Shown: positions 1 through 12,148 of the stretch, piece after piece
Numbering within the stretch: position 1 is the first letter of the stretch
Layout: each line of letters begins with the position of its first letter
Assembly (NCBI GenBank): GCA_963805975.1
Contig: CAWDVR010000005.1
Location: 32,001 to 96,000 of the forward strand
From: an uncultured Acidobacteriota bacterium
GTDB lineage: Bacteria > Acidobacteriota > Thermoanaerobaculia > Multivoradales > SZUA-115
Length of the DNA: 64,000 bases
Reading direction: 5' to 3'
Translations under genes and position numbers: made by a program
Notes under the pieces: generated by a model
Seen by the model: the letters and a program-made list of their open reading frames with translations, nothing else
What the model was told of the DNA's origin: nothing
Databases searched by the model: none

Positions 1-1611
1 GAAGCCGAGCTGGCGGTTCTCGGGCGCCCCGCGCCGGTCCACGTAGAGCAGGCTCGCCAGGCCGTCGAGCGCAAAGCCGCGCCGCTTCAGGTTGAGCACG
101 GCGGTGGTGACGTGGGGCTCGAAGTCGATCACGCCGGGGCCCAGGAGGCGGACGCGGGGATCGCGGCGGGAGAGCTCCTCGCCAGCCGCCCTCGCCAGCT
201 CGACGTACTCCTGGTGGCGCCAGACACCCCACTTGCTGCGGTTGATCGCCTGGCCGACCTGGAACGCCTGGCCGTAGGGCAGGAAGCGCTCGCCGAGATC
301 GGCCACGGCCGCGCGCCAGCCTTTCGGGTCTTTCACCAGCTCGCGGGTTTGAGGCAGGGAGAACGCGAGGTCGTACCCTCGCCCGGCGAGCTCGCGGGCG
401 AGCGCCTCCTCCTCCCTGTGCTCCCGCTGCCAGGGATGGAGCCGCAGCAACACGTGCCGCACCCCCAGCTCCTCGACCGCCGCGAGCAGGGCCTCCGGGT
501 CGTCGCCGTAGGGCCGGAGAGCGATGCCCGCTCCGCCCCACGGCCGGGGCTCCCGGAAGAGCTCGGCCCGCAGCTGCCGGAAGCGACGCCAGGCCCGCGG
601 CGCGGCGAGCGCCAGCACCAGGCCGGTCTCGAGGTGGGCGGGGGCATCGGCCAGCCGGACCAGGGCCTTTTCGAGCCGGCCGGCGTGCTGGTGGGGCTGG
701 TCCGAGAGCGGGTCCCAGACCACGCGGTCGCGGCGCGCGGCGCCGGCGGGAGGCGGCGGGATGTGGGCGTGCGCTCGCCGCGGAGCGAGCGCCGCCACCG
801 GCCGCCGCAAGCCCCGGAGCGGGCGCTTGGCTCTGCCCTTGAGCTCGAAGCCGGCCTGGTAGAGGCGGAAGAGGCGCCGCTTTCCGGGCGTCAGCTCCGG
901 CCCCCAGTAGGCGCCCAGCAGCCATTCCTCGAGCGCCGGCCGGGTGAGGGCCAACCGGCAGAGATCGCGGGTGCGCTGGCTGACCGAGAGCCGGCGCGGG
1001 AAACGGCAGCGGTTCAGATCCACCAGGTAGAGCCGGACGGCGCCTGCCGCCGGCTGGACGAGGACGTTGCCCACCGAGAGATCCCGGTGCCAGATGCCCC
1101 CGTCGTGCATTTTCCGCAACAGGCGGCCGAGCGCGGTCAGAAAGGCCTCGGGGCTTACGCCGCCGAGCTCCGGTGCCGAGAGGTCGGCGCCGGCCCGCGC
1201 CGCCCGCAGCAGGGGCCGGGCCTCGAAGGCGCCGTCGATCCGGCGGCAGAGGTAGAACGAGGGTCCTCCAGGCGCCACGGCCTCGACCGCCGCGATCGGC
1301 TCGGGCGTCGGGATCCCGGCCGCGGCCAGGGCGCGGGCCGCGGCGAAGCTCCGCATCCCCTTGCTGCCTCGGAGCCGTCGGGCAAGGCGCCGGCGGAGGC
1401 TCTCCTCGCGGAACTGCTTGACCACCACGGCGACCGCGCCGGCGGGCCCCTGGAGGGCGGCCTGGTAGAGGTAGTTGCGGCCCCAGTGCAGGGTCTCGAG
1501 CGCCGCGGCCGGATCGATCAGGCGGCGGATCTCGGTCTCGAGCTCCCGCGGACGGAATAGAGACGCGACCTCGCCGCGCCAGCCCTCGAAGGCGAAGCGC
1601 TCGCTCGTCAC
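1..1611 (-). CDS. Kdo/WaaP/InaA-type kinase domain fused to a probable glycoside-hydrolase-like C-terminal domain (3' end runs off the window)
   Basis: Absent from ORF track (no stop in window). GTG start overlaps the rng stop (GTGA). Manual translation gives VVVKQFR, MHDGGIWHRDLSVGNVLV and YLVDLNR kinase motifs, then FQVGQAINRSKWG and LLYVDRRGAPEN. Confidence 0.7.
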   Translation of the reverse strand, partial: MTSERFAFEGWRGEVASLFRPRELETEIRRLIDPAAALETLHWGRNYLYQAALQGPAGAVAVVVKQFREESLRRRLARRLRGSKGMRSFAAARALAAAGIPTPEPIAAVEAVAPGGPSFYLCRRIDGAFEARPLLRAARAGADLSAPELGGVSPEAFLTALGRLLRKMHDGGIWHRDLSVGNVLVQPAAGAVRLYLVDLNRCRFPRRLSVSQRTRDLCRLALTRPALEEWLLGAYWGPELTPGKRRLFRLYQAGFELKGRAKRPLRGLRRPVAALAPRRAHAHIPPPPAGAARRDRVVWDPLSDQPHQHAGRLEKALVRLADAPAHLETGLVLALAAPRAWRRFRQLRAELFREPRPWGGAGIALRPYGDDPEALLAAVEELGVRHVLLRLHPWQREHREEEALARELAGRGYDLAFSLPQTRELVKDPKGWRAAVADLGERFLPYGQAFQVGQAINRSKWGVWRHQEYVELARAAGEELSRRDPRVRLLGPGVIDFEPHVTTAVLNLKRRGFALDGLASLLYVDRRGAPENRQLGF

Positions 1612-3125
1612 ACTTCCTCGATCGTGAAGCGCTCCTGATGAAGCTCCGGGTCGCTCTGCACCAGGACGCCCACCGCGAGCGTCCGCTCCAGCTCGTCGAG
1701 GATGGCGCGCTCCTCCTGCTGCAAGGCGCGGGCGACCTCCGGATGCACCCGCACCAGGAGCTCGCGGCCCAGGATCTCGCCCTTGAGGCGCAGCACCTCG
1801 CGCCGCAGAGAGAGGCAGATGGTGGACACCGAACGGATGCGCGAGGTGCCGCCGCAGTAGGGGCAGGGCTGGGTCAGGAGACGCTCGAGGTTGGTGCGGC
1901 TGCGCTTCCTGGTGATCTCGACCAGGCCGAACTCCGAGATGTTGAGCATCTTGTTGCGCGCCCGGTCCTTGTGCAGCTCGGTGGCGAAGGCCTCGAAGAC
2001 CTCCTGCCGGTGCGCCTCCTCGGTCATGTCGATCAGGTCGACGACGATGATCCCACCCAGGTCGCGCAGCCGGATCTGGCGCACGATCTCGCCCACCGCC
2101 TCGAGGTTGGTCTTGAGCACCGTGTCCTCGAGGTTGCGGTCGCCGGTGAAGCGGCCGGTGTTGACGTCGATCGCCACCAGCGCCTCGGTCTGGTTGATGA
2201 CGATGTAGCCGCCCGATTTGAGCCACACCTTGGTGCGCAGCGCGGCCTCGATCTGGGCCGGCACGTTGAAGCGGTCGAAGAGCGAGCCCTCACCACGGTA
2301 GAGCTTGACGCGGCCGACGAGCGCCGGCTGCACCTGGTCCAGGAACTCGACGATCCGGGTGTAGGTCTCCTCGCCCTCGACCATCAGCACCGAGAAGTCG
2401 GCGTTGAACACGTCGCGCACCACGCGCAGCGCGAGGTCGAGGTCGCGGTGCACGAGGGTGGGCGCCGAGACCCGGCGGCTCCGCTCGTGGATCTCGCCCC
2501 ACAGCCGCCAGAGGTAGGCGACGTCGGCCTCGAAGTCCTGCCGCTGGCGGCCCTCGCCCAGGGTGCGGACGATCAAGCCGCCCGAGGGCGGCCCGAGGTT
2601 CTCGACCGCCGCCAAGAGGCGCTGCCGCTCGGTGTCGTCCTCGATGCGGCGCGAGACCCCGAAGTGGCGCACCGTGGGCAGCAGCACCAGGTAGCGGCCG
2701 GGGAGCGTCACCTGGGTGGTGATGCGCGCGCCCTTGTTGGCGAGCGGCGCCTTGACCACCTGCACCAGGAGCTCCTGGCCCGGCTTCAGGAGGTCGTCGA
2801 TCGACGGCGAGGGGCTGGCCGGGAAGCCGCCGCCATGGGTCTCGTCGAGGTCGAAGTGGGGCTCTTCGGCGACGGCGCCGGAGACCTCCTCGGTGACGTC
2901 GCTCACGTAGAGGAAGGCGTCGCGCTCGAGACCGATGTCGACGAAGGCCGCCTGCATGCCGGGCAGCACCCGCGTCACCCGCCCTTTGTAGAGGTTGCCC
3001 ACGATGCCGCGGTGGCGCAGCCGCTCGATGAAGATCTCGGTCAGCCGGTCTTCCTCCAGCACCGCGATCCCCGTCTGGTGGGGATCGCTCTCGACCAGCA
3101 TCTTGGACTGCAGTGCTTCGCTCAT
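1608..3125 (-). CDS. rng: Rne/Rng family ribonuclease (RNase G)
   Basis: GNLYKGRVTRVLPGMQAAFVDIG S1 domain, IDVNTG, RQIRLRDLGGIIVVD, CPYC; ATG overlaps rodA stop. Confidence 0.93.
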   Translation of the reverse strand: MSEALQSKMLVESDPHQTGIAVLEEDRLTEIFIERLRHRGIVGNLYKGRVTRVLPGMQAAFVDIGLERDAFLYVSDVTEEVSGAVAEEPHFDLDETHGGGFPASPSPSIDDLLKPGQELLVQVVKAPLANKGARITTQVTLPGRYLVLLPTVRHFGVSRRIEDDTERQRLLAAVENLGPPSGGLIVRTLGEGRQRQDFEADVAYLWRLWGEIHERSRRVSAPTLVHRDLDLALRVVRDVFNADFSVLMVEGEETYTRIVEFLDQVQPALVGRVKLYRGEGSLFDRFNVPAQIEAALRTKVWLKSGGYIVINQTEALVAIDVNTGRFTGDRNLEDTVLKTNLEAVGEIVRQIRLRDLGGIIVVDLIDMTEEAHRQEVFEAFATELHKDRARNKMLNISEFGLVEITRKRSRTNLERLLTQPCPYCGGTSRIRSVSTICLSLRREVLRLKGEILGRELLVRVHPEVARALQQEERAILDELERTLAVGVLVQSDPELHQERFTIEEV

Positions 3126-4273
3126 CGGTTGACGTGCCGCCGGAGGTCGACGCCCAGGATCAGCCCCGTGGCGAGAAAGTTGAGCAGAGTGAACGAGCCG
3201 CCGTAGGAGATGAAGGGCAGCGGGATGCCGGTGATCGGCACCAGGCCCACCACCATGGCCGTGTTGTAGAGCACGTGGAAGGCGAGCATGGAGAGCAACC
3301 CCGCCACCATCAGGATGCCGGCGCGGTCGCGGGCGCGCATGGCGACCACGGTGGCGTTGACGAAGAAGAGCGAGTAGAGCCCCAGAACGGTGATCACCCC
3401 CAGGAATCCCCACTCCTCCGCCACCACCGCGAACACGAAGTCCGTATGGCGCTCGGGCAGGAAGCGGAGCTGGCTCTGGGTGCCCTGCATGTAGCCGCGG
3501 CCGGTGAGCTGGCCGGAGCCCACCGCGATCTTGCTCTGCCGGACCTGGTACCCGGCGCCCTGGGGGTCGGCGCTGGGAGTGAAGTAGGTGAAGACGCGCT
3601 GGCGCTGGTAGTCCTTCATGCCGAGCGTGAAGACCAGGGCACCGACCACCAGCCCGATCGCGGCGAGGCCGAAAAAGGTCTTCAAGCGCATGCCCGCCAC
3701 CAGCGTCATGCCGGCAAAGATCGGCATGTAGAGGAGCGCTCCACCGAGGTCCGGCTCGCGGGCGATGAGCACCATAGGCACCGCCACCAGCACCAGGCCG
3801 ACAGTGATCTGGCGCAGGGTGAGGTAGCGCTGGTTCGAGAGCGCGAAGTAGCGGGCCAGGAGCAGCGTGGTCGCGAGCTTCATCATCTCCGAGGGCTGGC
3901 CGCCGAGGCCGCCCCAGCCGAGCCAGCTCCGCGCTCCACCGCGCACGTCGCCGAAGAACAGCACCAGCACCAGGGCGACCAGCCCCAGCCCGTAGAGCGC
4001 CGGCGAGAGATCCATCAGCACGTGGTAGTCGAGGCTGACGGTGAGCGCCACCAGCACCAACCCGAGCCCCACCCACAGCAGTTGCCGCGGCAGGTAGTCG
4101 TGGGTGAGCTCGGAGCTCGCGCTGTGCACGGTGGCGAGGCCGATGGCGGCGAGCAGCAGGGCGGCGACGAGCAAGACCCAGCGCACGCCCGCCAGGCGGC
4201 GCCCCTGCGTCCCTCTAGCCCCCGACGAGGGTAGGGCCAGGTTGGACGTCGACGCTCGCGAAGAAGATCTCAT
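3122..4273 (-). CDS. rodA: Rod shape-determining protein RodA (SEDS family); start uncertain, alternative GTG at 4186
   Basis: GARSW..QPSE, EPDLG, FLPERHTDFVFAVVAEEWG, GIPLPFISYGGS; follows mrdA. Confidence 0.93.
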   Translation of the reverse strand: MRSSSRASTSNLALPSSGARGTQGRRLAGVRWVLLVAALLLAAIGLATVHSASSELTHDYLPRQLLWVGLGLVLVALTVSLDYHVLMDLSPALYGLGLVALVLVLFFGDVRGGARSWLGWGGLGGQPSEMMKLATTLLLARYFALSNQRYLTLRQITVGLVLVAVPMVLIAREPDLGGALLYMPIFAGMTLVAGMRLKTFFGLAAIGLVVGALVFTLGMKDYQRQRVFTYFTPSADPQGAGYQVRQSKIAVGSGQLTGRGYMQGTQSQLRFLPERHTDFVFAVVAEEWGFLGVITVLGLYSLFFVNATVVAMRARDRAGILMVAGLLSMLAFHVLYNTAMVVGLVPITGIPLPFISYGGSFTLLNFLATGLILGVDLRRHVNR

Positions 4274-6017
4274 AGAGGGCCCTGGCGACCGGCGCGGCGT
4301 TGACCGAACCGGCGCCCGCGTGCTCGAGAAAGACCACCACCACCAGCTCGGGATGGTCATAGGGTGCAAAGGAGGCGAACCAGGCGTGGTCGCGGTGCTC
4401 GACCTTGAGCTCGGTGTTCTTGGTCCAGGTCTTCTGCGTCACCACCTGGGCGGTGCCGGTCTTGCCGGCGACCTCGATGCCGGGAAGCTGCGCCTGGCGG
4501 CCGGTGCCGTCCCCTTCGTTGACCACCGCCCACAACCCGCGGCGCACCAGCGCCACGGCCTTGGGGTCGAGCCCCAGGAGCTCCGGCTTCGGCACCTCGG
4601 CCCCCTGCACCAGGTGCGGGGTGGCGTAGCGCCCGCCGTTGGCCACCACCGCCGCCATCGCCGCCATCTGCAGCGGCGTGACCAGGAGCGGGCCCTGGCC
4701 GATCGCCACCGAGATGGTCTCGCCCGCGTACCAGGGATGCTTGCGGGCGGCGAGGCTCCAGGCACTGTCCGGCACCAGGCCGGCCTTCTCGCCCTTGATG
4801 TCGATGCCGCTCGGCCGCCCGAGATGGAACTTGCGGGCATAGCGCGCGATGCGCTCGATCCCCAGGCGCTTGCCCAGGTGGTAGAAGTAGACGTCACAGG
4901 AGTACTTGATCGCCCGGTGCAGGTCCACCGTGCCGTGGCCGCCCTGTTTCCAGCAGCGGTAGCGATGGTCGTAGAAGGTGGCGGCGCCGCCGCAGAACTC
5001 GGTATCGGAGGGATTGATGACCCCTTCCGAGATGCCGGCGACCGCCATCACGATCTTGAACACCGAGCCCGGCGAATAGCGGCTCTGCAAGGCGCGGTTC
5101 TGGAGCGGATGGTTGGGCCCCTCGATCAGCGTCCGCCACTCGTCGGCCGCGAGCGGCCGGGTGAAGAGATTCGGGTCGTAGGAGGGCGAGGAGGCGAGCG
5201 CGCGAATGGCGCCGTCGCGCGGATCGAGGGCGACGATCGCTCCCACCTTGCCCTCGAGCTGGCGCTCAGCCTCCTGCTGGAGCGCGAGGTCGAGGGTCAA
5301 GGTCAGATCCTTGCCCGGGTGCGCCGGCTTCTTGCCGTACTCCTCGAGCGCCTGGCCGCGGCTGTCGACTACCACGATGCGCTCGCCGTCCCGGCCGCGC
5401 AGGCTCTTGTCGTAGGTCGCCTCGATGCCCTTCCTGCCCACCAGGTCGCCGGGGACGTAGACCTCGGGCGCGCTCTTCAGATCCTCCTCGCTCACCTCGC
5501 CCAGATAGCCCAGCACGTGCGCCGTGCCGCCCGCCTGGCGGTAGATCCGCTGGTGGCCGATCTCGACCTCGAACTCGGGGTGCTCGAGGCTCGCCACGCC
5601 GAACCGCGAGACCTCGGAGAGCGAGAGGTTCTTGGCCAGGGTCACGGGCTGGAACTGGGGCAGCGAACGCACGCGCTCGAGGGTCGCCTCGAGGTCCGCG
5701 GGCGCGCGGCCGAGGATGCGGGCCGCGTAGGCGACGCTCGCCGCGAGGTCGTGGGCCCGGGTGCGGTCGAGCGTCAAGTCGTAGCTCGGCACGTTCTCGA
5801 CCAGGATGTTGCCGCCGCGGTCGAAGATCAGCCCGCGCGGCGCCTTGATCGGCACCTTGCGCAGGCGATTGTTCTCCGCCAGCTCCCGGTAATGATCGCC
5901 GCGCACCACCTGGGTGGTCCAGAAACCGGCGACGACGATCAGCAGCAGGGCGTGCAGACTGCCGACCAACCGCTGCACGCGGCCCACCAGCTCGTCCTTG
6001 TGCTCGCGGACGTTCAT
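4215..6017 (-). CDS. mrdA: Penicillin-binding protein 2
   Basis: APRGLIFDR, SxxK (PGSVFK), SCD, KTGTAQ, DHAWF; mre operon context. Confidence 0.95.
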   Translation of the reverse strand: MNVREHKDELVGRVQRLVGSLHALLLIVVAGFWTTQVVRGDHYRELAENNRLRKVPIKAPRGLIFDRGGNILVENVPSYDLTLDRTRAHDLAASVAYAARILGRAPADLEATLERVRSLPQFQPVTLAKNLSLSEVSRFGVASLEHPEFEVEIGHQRIYRQAGGTAHVLGYLGEVSEEDLKSAPEVYVPGDLVGRKGIEATYDKSLRGRDGERIVVVDSRGQALEEYGKKPAHPGKDLTLTLDLALQQEAERQLEGKVGAIVALDPRDGAIRALASSPSYDPNLFTRPLAADEWRTLIEGPNHPLQNRALQSRYSPGSVFKIVMAVAGISEGVINPSDTEFCGGAATFYDHRYRCWKQGGHGTVDLHRAIKYSCDVYFYHLGKRLGIERIARYARKFHLGRPSGIDIKGEKAGLVPDSAWSLAARKHPWYAGETISVAIGQGPLLVTPLQMAAMAAVVANGGRYATPHLVQGAEVPKPELLGLDPKAVALVRRGLWAVVNEGDGTGRQAQLPGIEVAGKTGTAQVVTQKTWTKNTELKVEHRDHAWFASFAPYDHPELVVVVFLEHAGAGSVNAAPVARALYEIFFASVDVQPGPTLVGG

Positions 6018-6518
6018 CGCGACAATCGCACCCGGTCGACACGGTCGATGCGCCGGCGCTCGCGCGCCCCGCGGAAGCTCTCGGTGGCGGCGTAGAAGGC
6101 TAAGGCCACCAGACCGTTGGCCGCCGCCGTCACCACCCACCACGGGGGCGCCTGGCCCTCGCGATCCCTCATCAGGGTCACGGTCAGCGCGAAGAGGATC
6201 GCCTGCTGGACCAGGGTGGCACCGAGCACGGTCGCCATCACCGCCGCCGGGCGCTCGATGATGAGCCGCTGACCGAGCCGCGCCGCGGAGTAGCCGATGA
6301 AGGTGTCGGCGAAGCCATGCAGGCCGTAGGGGCTGCCCGACAGGCCGTCGTGGACGAAGCCGCAGATGGCACCGCCGACCAGGCCGGCGAGCGGACCGCC
6401 GGCGAGGCCGTTCCCGACCGCGAGCACGGCGAAGAGGTCGACGAAGCGGGGGAAGTCCGGGGCCAGCGCCACCCCACCCATGTGGGCCAGGACGACGGCG
6501 GCGAGCCCGGCGGCGAAC

Positions 6519-6532
<14 letters not shown>
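6014..6532 (-). CDS. mreD: Rod shape-determining protein MreD
   Basis: Hydrophobic ~172 aa with GFVHDGLSG, between mreC and mrdA. Confidence 0.85.
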
Positions 6533-8557
<2,025 letters not shown>

Positions 8558-9997
8558 CTAAAACGTCTCGACGAACACCCGTTCCCGGCGTTCGATGGTG
8601 TTGCCCCGGGCGTTCTCGGCCCGTAACGTCACAAAGCTCCAACCCTCCTCGAAGACCTGGATGGTGGTGGTGAACGACCCGTCCGGCGCGACGGTGATCC
8701 GCTCGCCGTTGATCGTGAGCTCGGCACCCGGCTCGGTGGCGCCGCGGAGCATGAAGATATTGCCATACGAACTGACCGAATGGAGCTGAATTTCCAGCTT
8801 TTTTCCCTCGGCGGCGTCGTTGGCGAGCGCCGCCACCCGAAAGCGGCGCGGCGCGCTCCAGGGACCCTGCACGCCGTCGCCGTCGACCGCCGCCACTCGC
8901 CACTCGAAGCTGCCCTCGCCGCGCAGGCCGAGCGTGGCGCCGGTCCGCACCCGGTCCGGGGCATCGATCACCCGGTCGGTGAAGGCGCTGTCCTTGGCGA
9001 TCTGGAGGGCATAGCGGACGGCACCGCGGATCGGGCTCCAATCGAGCGTCATCTGCTGCGCCTTGCCGAAGTTGACCTGGAAGTTGTCGGCCGGGGCGAG
9101 GAGCTGGGGCTCGCCGGGCAGGTCGCTGGGCGGTGACAGCTCGGTGCCCACCTGCACCACCTGCTTGAGCGGTGCGACCTCGCGCCGCACCCCGCTCCTG
9201 GCCGCCACCTCGACGCTCCCCTCGTAGCTCACGAAATGGGCGGTGCCGGAGTCGCGGTCGTAGGACACCGCAGCCTCGGAGTCGCGGCCCACCCGGGCGT
9301 GCGCCTCGGGCGTCGAGACGCTCGAGTCGCGCTCGCTGGTCTCCATGTTCACCCAGCCGTATTGCATGCTGATCGCCTGCTCCGGGCTGCCGCCGGGCGA
9401 GCTGGTGCGATAGACGCGGAACATGGTGTTCGCCCGCACCACCGAGCGCGTGCCGTTGGCGAAAGCGATCTCCGCGCTGCCGCCGGGACCGGTACGCACG
9501 TAGTCGCCCGAGGAGAGGGCGGCGCCGTCGGCCGCCGGCTCCCAGTCGCCGCTCTCGCCACGGCTGTACTGGACGCTGCCGTCGACGGTCAAGAACCGGG
9601 CCTCGCCGAACGAGTCGCGGCGACCGAGCGAGACCTCGATCCACTCGAGCAGGCTCCTGGCGCTCCTGGCGCTGGTGAGCGCGCGGGAGTGGTCCCCCTC
9701 GTCGTAGCTCGCGCGGGCCTCGCCGGCGGTCCTCCTGGCGTCCTCGAGCTCGGCGCGATAGGAGCCCACGCCGACCTGTTGATCGAGCTCGGCCACCAAC
9801 CCCTCGACCGCGGCGATCGCGGCCTCCGCGGCGCGCTTGTCGAGACCCTTCTCCCAGGAGCGGAACCCGAAGGCTCCCGCCACCAGCGCCGCGGCCACGA
9901 GCCCAAGGGTCGTCCACGCTCGGAGGGAGTCCACCGAGATGCTGTACCAGTCATTGAGCCGGCGCTTTTTCTTGTCGGCCACTCTGTTCTCGGCCAC
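8558..9997 (-). CDS. Membrane-anchored FecR-domain protein with C-terminal Ig/FN3-like domains
   Basis: N-terminal TM; GDYVRTGPGGSAEIAF FecR-like motif; beta-rich C-terminus (WRVAAVD, GATEPGAELTING). Confidence 0.6.
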   Translation of the reverse strand: MAENRVADKKKRRLNDWYSISVDSLRAWTTLGLVAAALVAGAFGFRSWEKGLDKRAAEAAIAAVEGLVAELDQQVGVGSYRAELEDARRTAGEARASYDEGDHSRALTSARSARSLLEWIEVSLGRRDSFGEARFLTVDGSVQYSRGESGDWEPAADGAALSSGDYVRTGPGGSAEIAFANGTRSVVRANTMFRVYRTSSPGGSPEQAISMQYGWVNMETSERDSSVSTPEAHARVGRDSEAAVSYDRDSGTAHFVSYEGSVEVAARSGVRREVAPLKQVVQVGTELSPPSDLPGEPQLLAPADNFQVNFGKAQQMTLDWSPIRGAVRYALQIAKDSAFTDRVIDAPDRVRTGATLGLRGEGSFEWRVAAVDGDGVQGPWSAPRRFRVAALANDAAEGKKLEIQLHSVSSYGNIFMLRGATEPGAELTINGERITVAPDGSFTTTIQVFEEGWSFVTLRAENARGNTIERRERVFVETF

Positions 9998-10198
9998 TCG
10001 GTTTCGGCGAGATGGGGGTTCTCGGCCTGCACTAGGAGTTTTCTTCGGGACAAGCTTCGGGAATATACCACAAGTCTCTGTAAAAGCGAGGGTTAGGCGC
10101 CATTCGCGGCGGCTTCGCCGGTACCTTCTCGCCTTGCCCCGCGCCGCGGACTGCTGCTACAGTCCTGCGCCTCTCCGAATGGGGGGAAGGGGACAGCT

Positions 10199-12148
10199 AT
10201 GCTTCAGTGGACGCGCGACAACCTCAAGCATCTCAAGTGGACTCTCTGGCCGGTGATCCTCGCCTTCGTGGCCGGCTTTGTCGTCATTCCCCAGTTCGAC
10301 AGCGGTGGTGGCGGCGACGATCGGGTGGCGACGATCGGCGACGAGACCATCACCCAGGCCGAGTTCGAGCGCGAGTATCGCAATCTCCAGGATCAGTACC
10401 GGAGCTCGTTGGGCGAGCGCTTCACGCCCGAGCTCGCCCAGCAGTTCCGCCTGCCGCTGCAGGCGATCAACCAGCTCGCGGCCGAGAAGCTGATGGTGGA
10501 AGAGGCGCGGCGCGCGGGCCTCACGGTGACGGATGCCGAGCTCCGCCAGCTCCTCATCGACATGCCGGGACTGCAGGACGAGAGCGGCCGGTTCATCGGC
10601 TCCAGGCGCTACGCGGAGGTGCTCAGGGCGAACGGCTACCCTTCGCCCGCGGCTTTCGAGAGCGGGCTGCGCGAGAACCTGCTCGGCCAGAAGCTGCAAG
10701 CGGCGCTGGCCGCCGGCGTCTACATCCCGGACGCTGCGGTCGAGGCGCGCTATCGGCGGGACGTGGAGAAAGCCCAGATCCGCTACGTAGAGGTCCCCGG
10801 CTCCCGCTTCGCCGCCGATGTGAAGGTCGAGCCCGAGGAGGTCAAGTCCTTCTTCGACGCCCGGCGCGAGGAATACCGCCGCCCCGAGCAGCGCGTGGTC
10901 AGCTATCTGCTCGTCGACGCCAACCGCCTGGGCGCGACGCTCGAGGTCCCACAGTCGGAGATCGCCGACTTCTACGGACAGAACCAGGCCGACTACTCGC
11001 GAGAGGAGCAGGTCCACGCCCGGCACATCCTGATCAAGGTGGACGACAACCGCAGCGACGAGGCGGCGAAGGCCTTCGCCGCGGAGGTGCGCCGGCGGCT
11101 CGAGGGCGGGGCCGATTTCGCGGCCGTGGCCAAGGAGGTGTCCGAGGACCCCGGCTCGAAGCCGCGCGGCGGGGACCTCGGCTACCTGTCCCGCAACGGC
11201 GTGGTCCCGGAGTTCGGCGAGGCCGCCTTCTCCGCCACTCCCAACCAGCTCGTGGGCCCGGTGAAGTCCTCTCTCGGCTACCACCTGCTGGAGGTGCTCG
11301 ACCATCGCCCCGGCGGCCAGCGGCCGCTCGAGGAGGTCTCGAACCAGATCCGCCAGCGATTGCAGAACGAGCGCGCCCAGGCGCAGGCCGAGCAGAAGGC
11401 GGCGGCGCTCGCCGAGCGCATCGGGAAAGAGAAGCTCACCTCCGACGAGCAGTGGAAGGGGCTCACCGAGGGCGCGCCCTACATCACGGTCGAGAAGTCT
11501 CCGGCCTTCGGCCTGCAGGACAACGTGCCCGGCGTCGGTCGCGCGCCGGAGTTCCTGAGCACCGCCTTCGAGCTCGAGAAGGGCGAGGTCTCCGACCCCG
11601 TCCGGCTGCCTCGCGGCTGGGCGATCCTGCGCCTCGACGAGGCTCTCCCGCCTCGCCTTCCCGAGCTGACCGAGGTCGAGACGCAGGTCCGCCAGGCGCT
11701 CAACAAGCAGAAGCAGGACGGTCTCGCTCTCTCCCGCCTGGCGGCGGCGCGCCGGGAGCTCGATGCCGGCCAGAGCCTCGAGCAGGTGGCGAGCGGGCTC
11801 GGCGTCGAGGTCAAGGACAGCGGCGAGTTCGGCCATGGCCAGCCGGTCGCCGGGCTGGGCCCCAACCCCGGGTTGACCGAGGCGGCGCTCGCTCTCTCGC
11901 CCGGACAGACCGGCGGTCCGGTCGCCTCGCGGCTGGGCGCGGTCCTCTTTCAGGTGACCGAGCGCAAGAGCTGGGACCCGCAGGAGTTCGCCCGCGAGAA
12001 GAACTCCACCCGGCGGCAGTTGGAGGGCGAGCAGGCGCAGCGCCTCCTCGCCTCGAGGATCGAGAGCCGCATTCGCGAGGATCTGGACTTCAGCAAGCGG
12101 TTCATCGCCGCCTACGGGGCGCCTCCCGAGCCGGCGCAGAAGCGTTGA
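10199..12148 (+). CDS. SurA N-terminal / parvulin PPIase (PpiD-like)
   Basis: N-terminal TM, VHARHILIK, SEDPGSKPRGGDLG, GYHLLEV. Confidence 0.88.
   Translation: MLQWTRDNLKHLKWTLWPVILAFVAGFVVIPQFDSGGGGDDRVATIGDETITQAEFEREYRNLQDQYRSSLGERFTPELAQQFRLPLQAINQLAAEKLMVEEARRAGLTVTDAELRQLLIDMPGLQDESGRFIGSRRYAEVLRANGYPSPAAFESGLRENLLGQKLQAALAAGVYIPDAAVEARYRRDVEKAQIRYVEVPGSRFAADVKVEPEEVKSFFDARREEYRRPEQRVVSYLLVDANRLGATLEVPQSEIADFYGQNQADYSREEQVHARHILIKVDDNRSDEAAKAFAAEVRRRLEGGADFAAVAKEVSEDPGSKPRGGDLGYLSRNGVVPEFGEAAFSATPNQLVGPVKSSLGYHLLEVLDHRPGGQRPLEEVSNQIRQRLQNERAQAQAEQKAAALAERIGKEKLTSDEQWKGLTEGAPYITVEKSPAFGLQDNVPGVGRAPEFLSTAFELEKGEVSDPVRLPRGWAILRLDEALPPRLPELTEVETQVRQALNKQKQDGLALSRLAAARRELDAGQSLEQVASGLGVEVKDSGEFGHGQPVAGLGPNPGLTEAALALSPGQTGGPVASRLGAVLFQVTERKSWDPQEFAREKNSTRRQLEGEQAQRLLASRIESRIREDLDFSKRFIAAYGAPPEPAQKR

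Noticed and set aside
112-1560. 482-aa plus-strand ORF, and similar long antisense ORFs such as 4104-6095, 50118-53795 and 62311-63696
   Set aside because: Shadow ORFs from high GC opposite clearly recognisable genes; no motifs.
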